IMG/VR virus record: IMGVR_UViG_3300012157_000005 | Location: 1-35,826 of that record | From: a virus | Lineage: Duplodnaviria > Caudoviricetes | Length of the DNA: 35,826 nt | Strand: one strand, 5' to 3' | In this document: piece by piece, positions 34,829 to 35,826 of the stretch | Position numbering within the stretch: the first letter of the stretch is position 1 | Layout: the number at the start of each line of letters is the position of its first letter | Translations under genes and position numbers: made by a program | The notes under the pieces: generated by a model | The model's input: the letters and a program-made list of their open reading frames with translations, nothing else | What the model was told of the DNA's origin: nothing | Databases searched by the model: none

Positions 34829-35825
34829 ATAAATTATCTATCATTTGCCTTAAAGGTGAATCAGGTTCTAGCTTTCTCATCATATTTGCTCTTGTTCCTT
34901 CTTCTGACTTAAGCATTACTTCATTCAAAGCAGAACGAAAACCTTTGGATGTTCCACCAAAACGGAGATAATCAGATGCAGTCTGAGAAAGGATTTCCCC
35001 ATTTAGAGTATTATTACGAATCGCAGTCGAAAGAGCATCTACAGCTTTTGCTCTTCTGTCGTGATCCAATGATTCATAAAATCTATTTAGGTATTGAGCA
35101 TTACGCACAACCTGTTCTTCTAGCGGACGTGTACCTAATAGACGTGCAAAGACACCAAGTGGAGTCCAAACCTCTGAAGATGGACTCATTGTATTATACT
35201 CTTGTGTTATCGAAGACCCCGATACAAGTTCAGCCCATCGAGCAATTGGTCTATTCATTGACTGTAAAGACAAAGCTTCAAACATAGATTGTGTTGCATT
35301 TCCTGTTGTTATTCCTTCTCCTGTCTTACTAATAATTGAATGAGCAGCAGAAAAACCCTGTTTCATGCCATTAAATATAGCAATTTCACCCATTGTAGAG
35401 GGAATCCGTGGAGAAATATCACCGCGAGTATAGAACGCTGGCCCAATTGAAGAAGGCAGTCCATAAAGAATTAGACGTGCAGCTTGATCGTCTAATGCAC
35501 GGTAAGTTCCGGTTGTCAGGTCAATATGGTGGTCGGACATTGATCCTACAACTTGCTCTGACAACATATGATAGCCGGGCCAGGATGCCATACCGAAGAT
35601 ACCGGACTGAGCAAGTGCAAGCGAAGCTAACTGTTTAAAGTTCTTATTCTCAAGGCTTCGGTAAATTGATTGAGCATAAGTAAGAACATATGTTTGGTAA
35701 AGACCAATTGCAGCACCAAACGTCCCTTGAAATAATACAGGACGTTGATGTGCATAGTAATTACCCACAGAACGATCAGTAAAAGCAACAGCTGCTATTG
35801 TTGCTGCTGTATCTCCAATTCCAGT
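34824..35825 (-). CDS. C-terminal part of a large internal virion (ejection) protein, truncated by the window edge
   Basis: Frame stays open past the track start to the edge (TGIGDTAATIAAVAFTDRSVGNYY...); G/A/S/L-rich helical composition typical of podovirus core proteins. Confidence 0.65.
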   Translation of the reverse strand, partial: TGIGDTAATIAAVAFTDRSVGNYYAHQRPVLFQGTFGAAIGLYQTYVLTYAQSIYRSLENKNFKQLASLALAQSGIFGMASWPGYHMLSEQVVGSMSDHHIDLTTGTYRALDDQAARLILYGLPSSIGPAFYTRGDISPRIPSTMGEIAIFNGMKQGFSAAHSIISKTGEGITTGNATQSMFEALSLQSMNRPIARWAELVSGSSITQEYNTMSPSSEVWTPLGVFARLLGTRPLEEQVVRNAQYLNRFYESLDHDRRAKAVDALSTAIRNNTLNGEILSQTASDYLRFGGTSKGFRSALNEVMLKSEEGTRANMMRKLEPDSPLRQMIDNLY

Positions 35826-35826
35826 A

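Noticed and set aside
1-35826. tRNA, rRNA, integrase, transposase, RNA polymerase, reverse transcriptase, or alternative genetic code
   Set aside because: None recognised; genes are long and densely packed under the standard code and all three stop codons are used as terminators.

Overview
This window is part of a tailed dsDNA phage genome, probably podovirus-like and lytic (no integrase or repressor seen); it is AT-rich, roughly 35% GC by eye. Two arms diverge from a control region at about 13.3-14.0 kb. The left arm (minus strand) holds a GC-rich two-gene early unit, then small and large terminase, portal, scaffold, major capsid, head-tail and tail proteins, an M15 endolysin and a probable holin, and runs off position 1. 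The right arm (plus strand) holds many small hypotheticals, a RecD/Dda-like helicase, a Cas4-like nuclease, a MazG-like NTP pyrophosphatase, a Sak4-like ATPase, an SSB, DUF6378, an atypical family A DNA polymerase and a DUF3987-like ATPase. These are followed by a Tad1/Acb2-like protein, a cupin and three glycosyltransferases. At about 34.47 kb the right arm meets the end of a minus-strand virion operon. The most notable observations are: (1) a 170-nt structured leader with a multibranch domain, an H-type pseudoknot and a competing switch hairpin, starting at a predicted sigma70 +1; (2) strong genome-wide enrichment of GCCGGC/GGCCGKC motifs; (3) a cupin plus three-glycosyltransferase cassette near a PolA with altered nucleotide-binding motifs; (4) a Tad1-like anti-defence sponge candidate; (5) a symmetric origin-like region; and (6) a DUF6527-like gene with no canonical start codon. 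All family calls are by motif recognition only; no searches were run.
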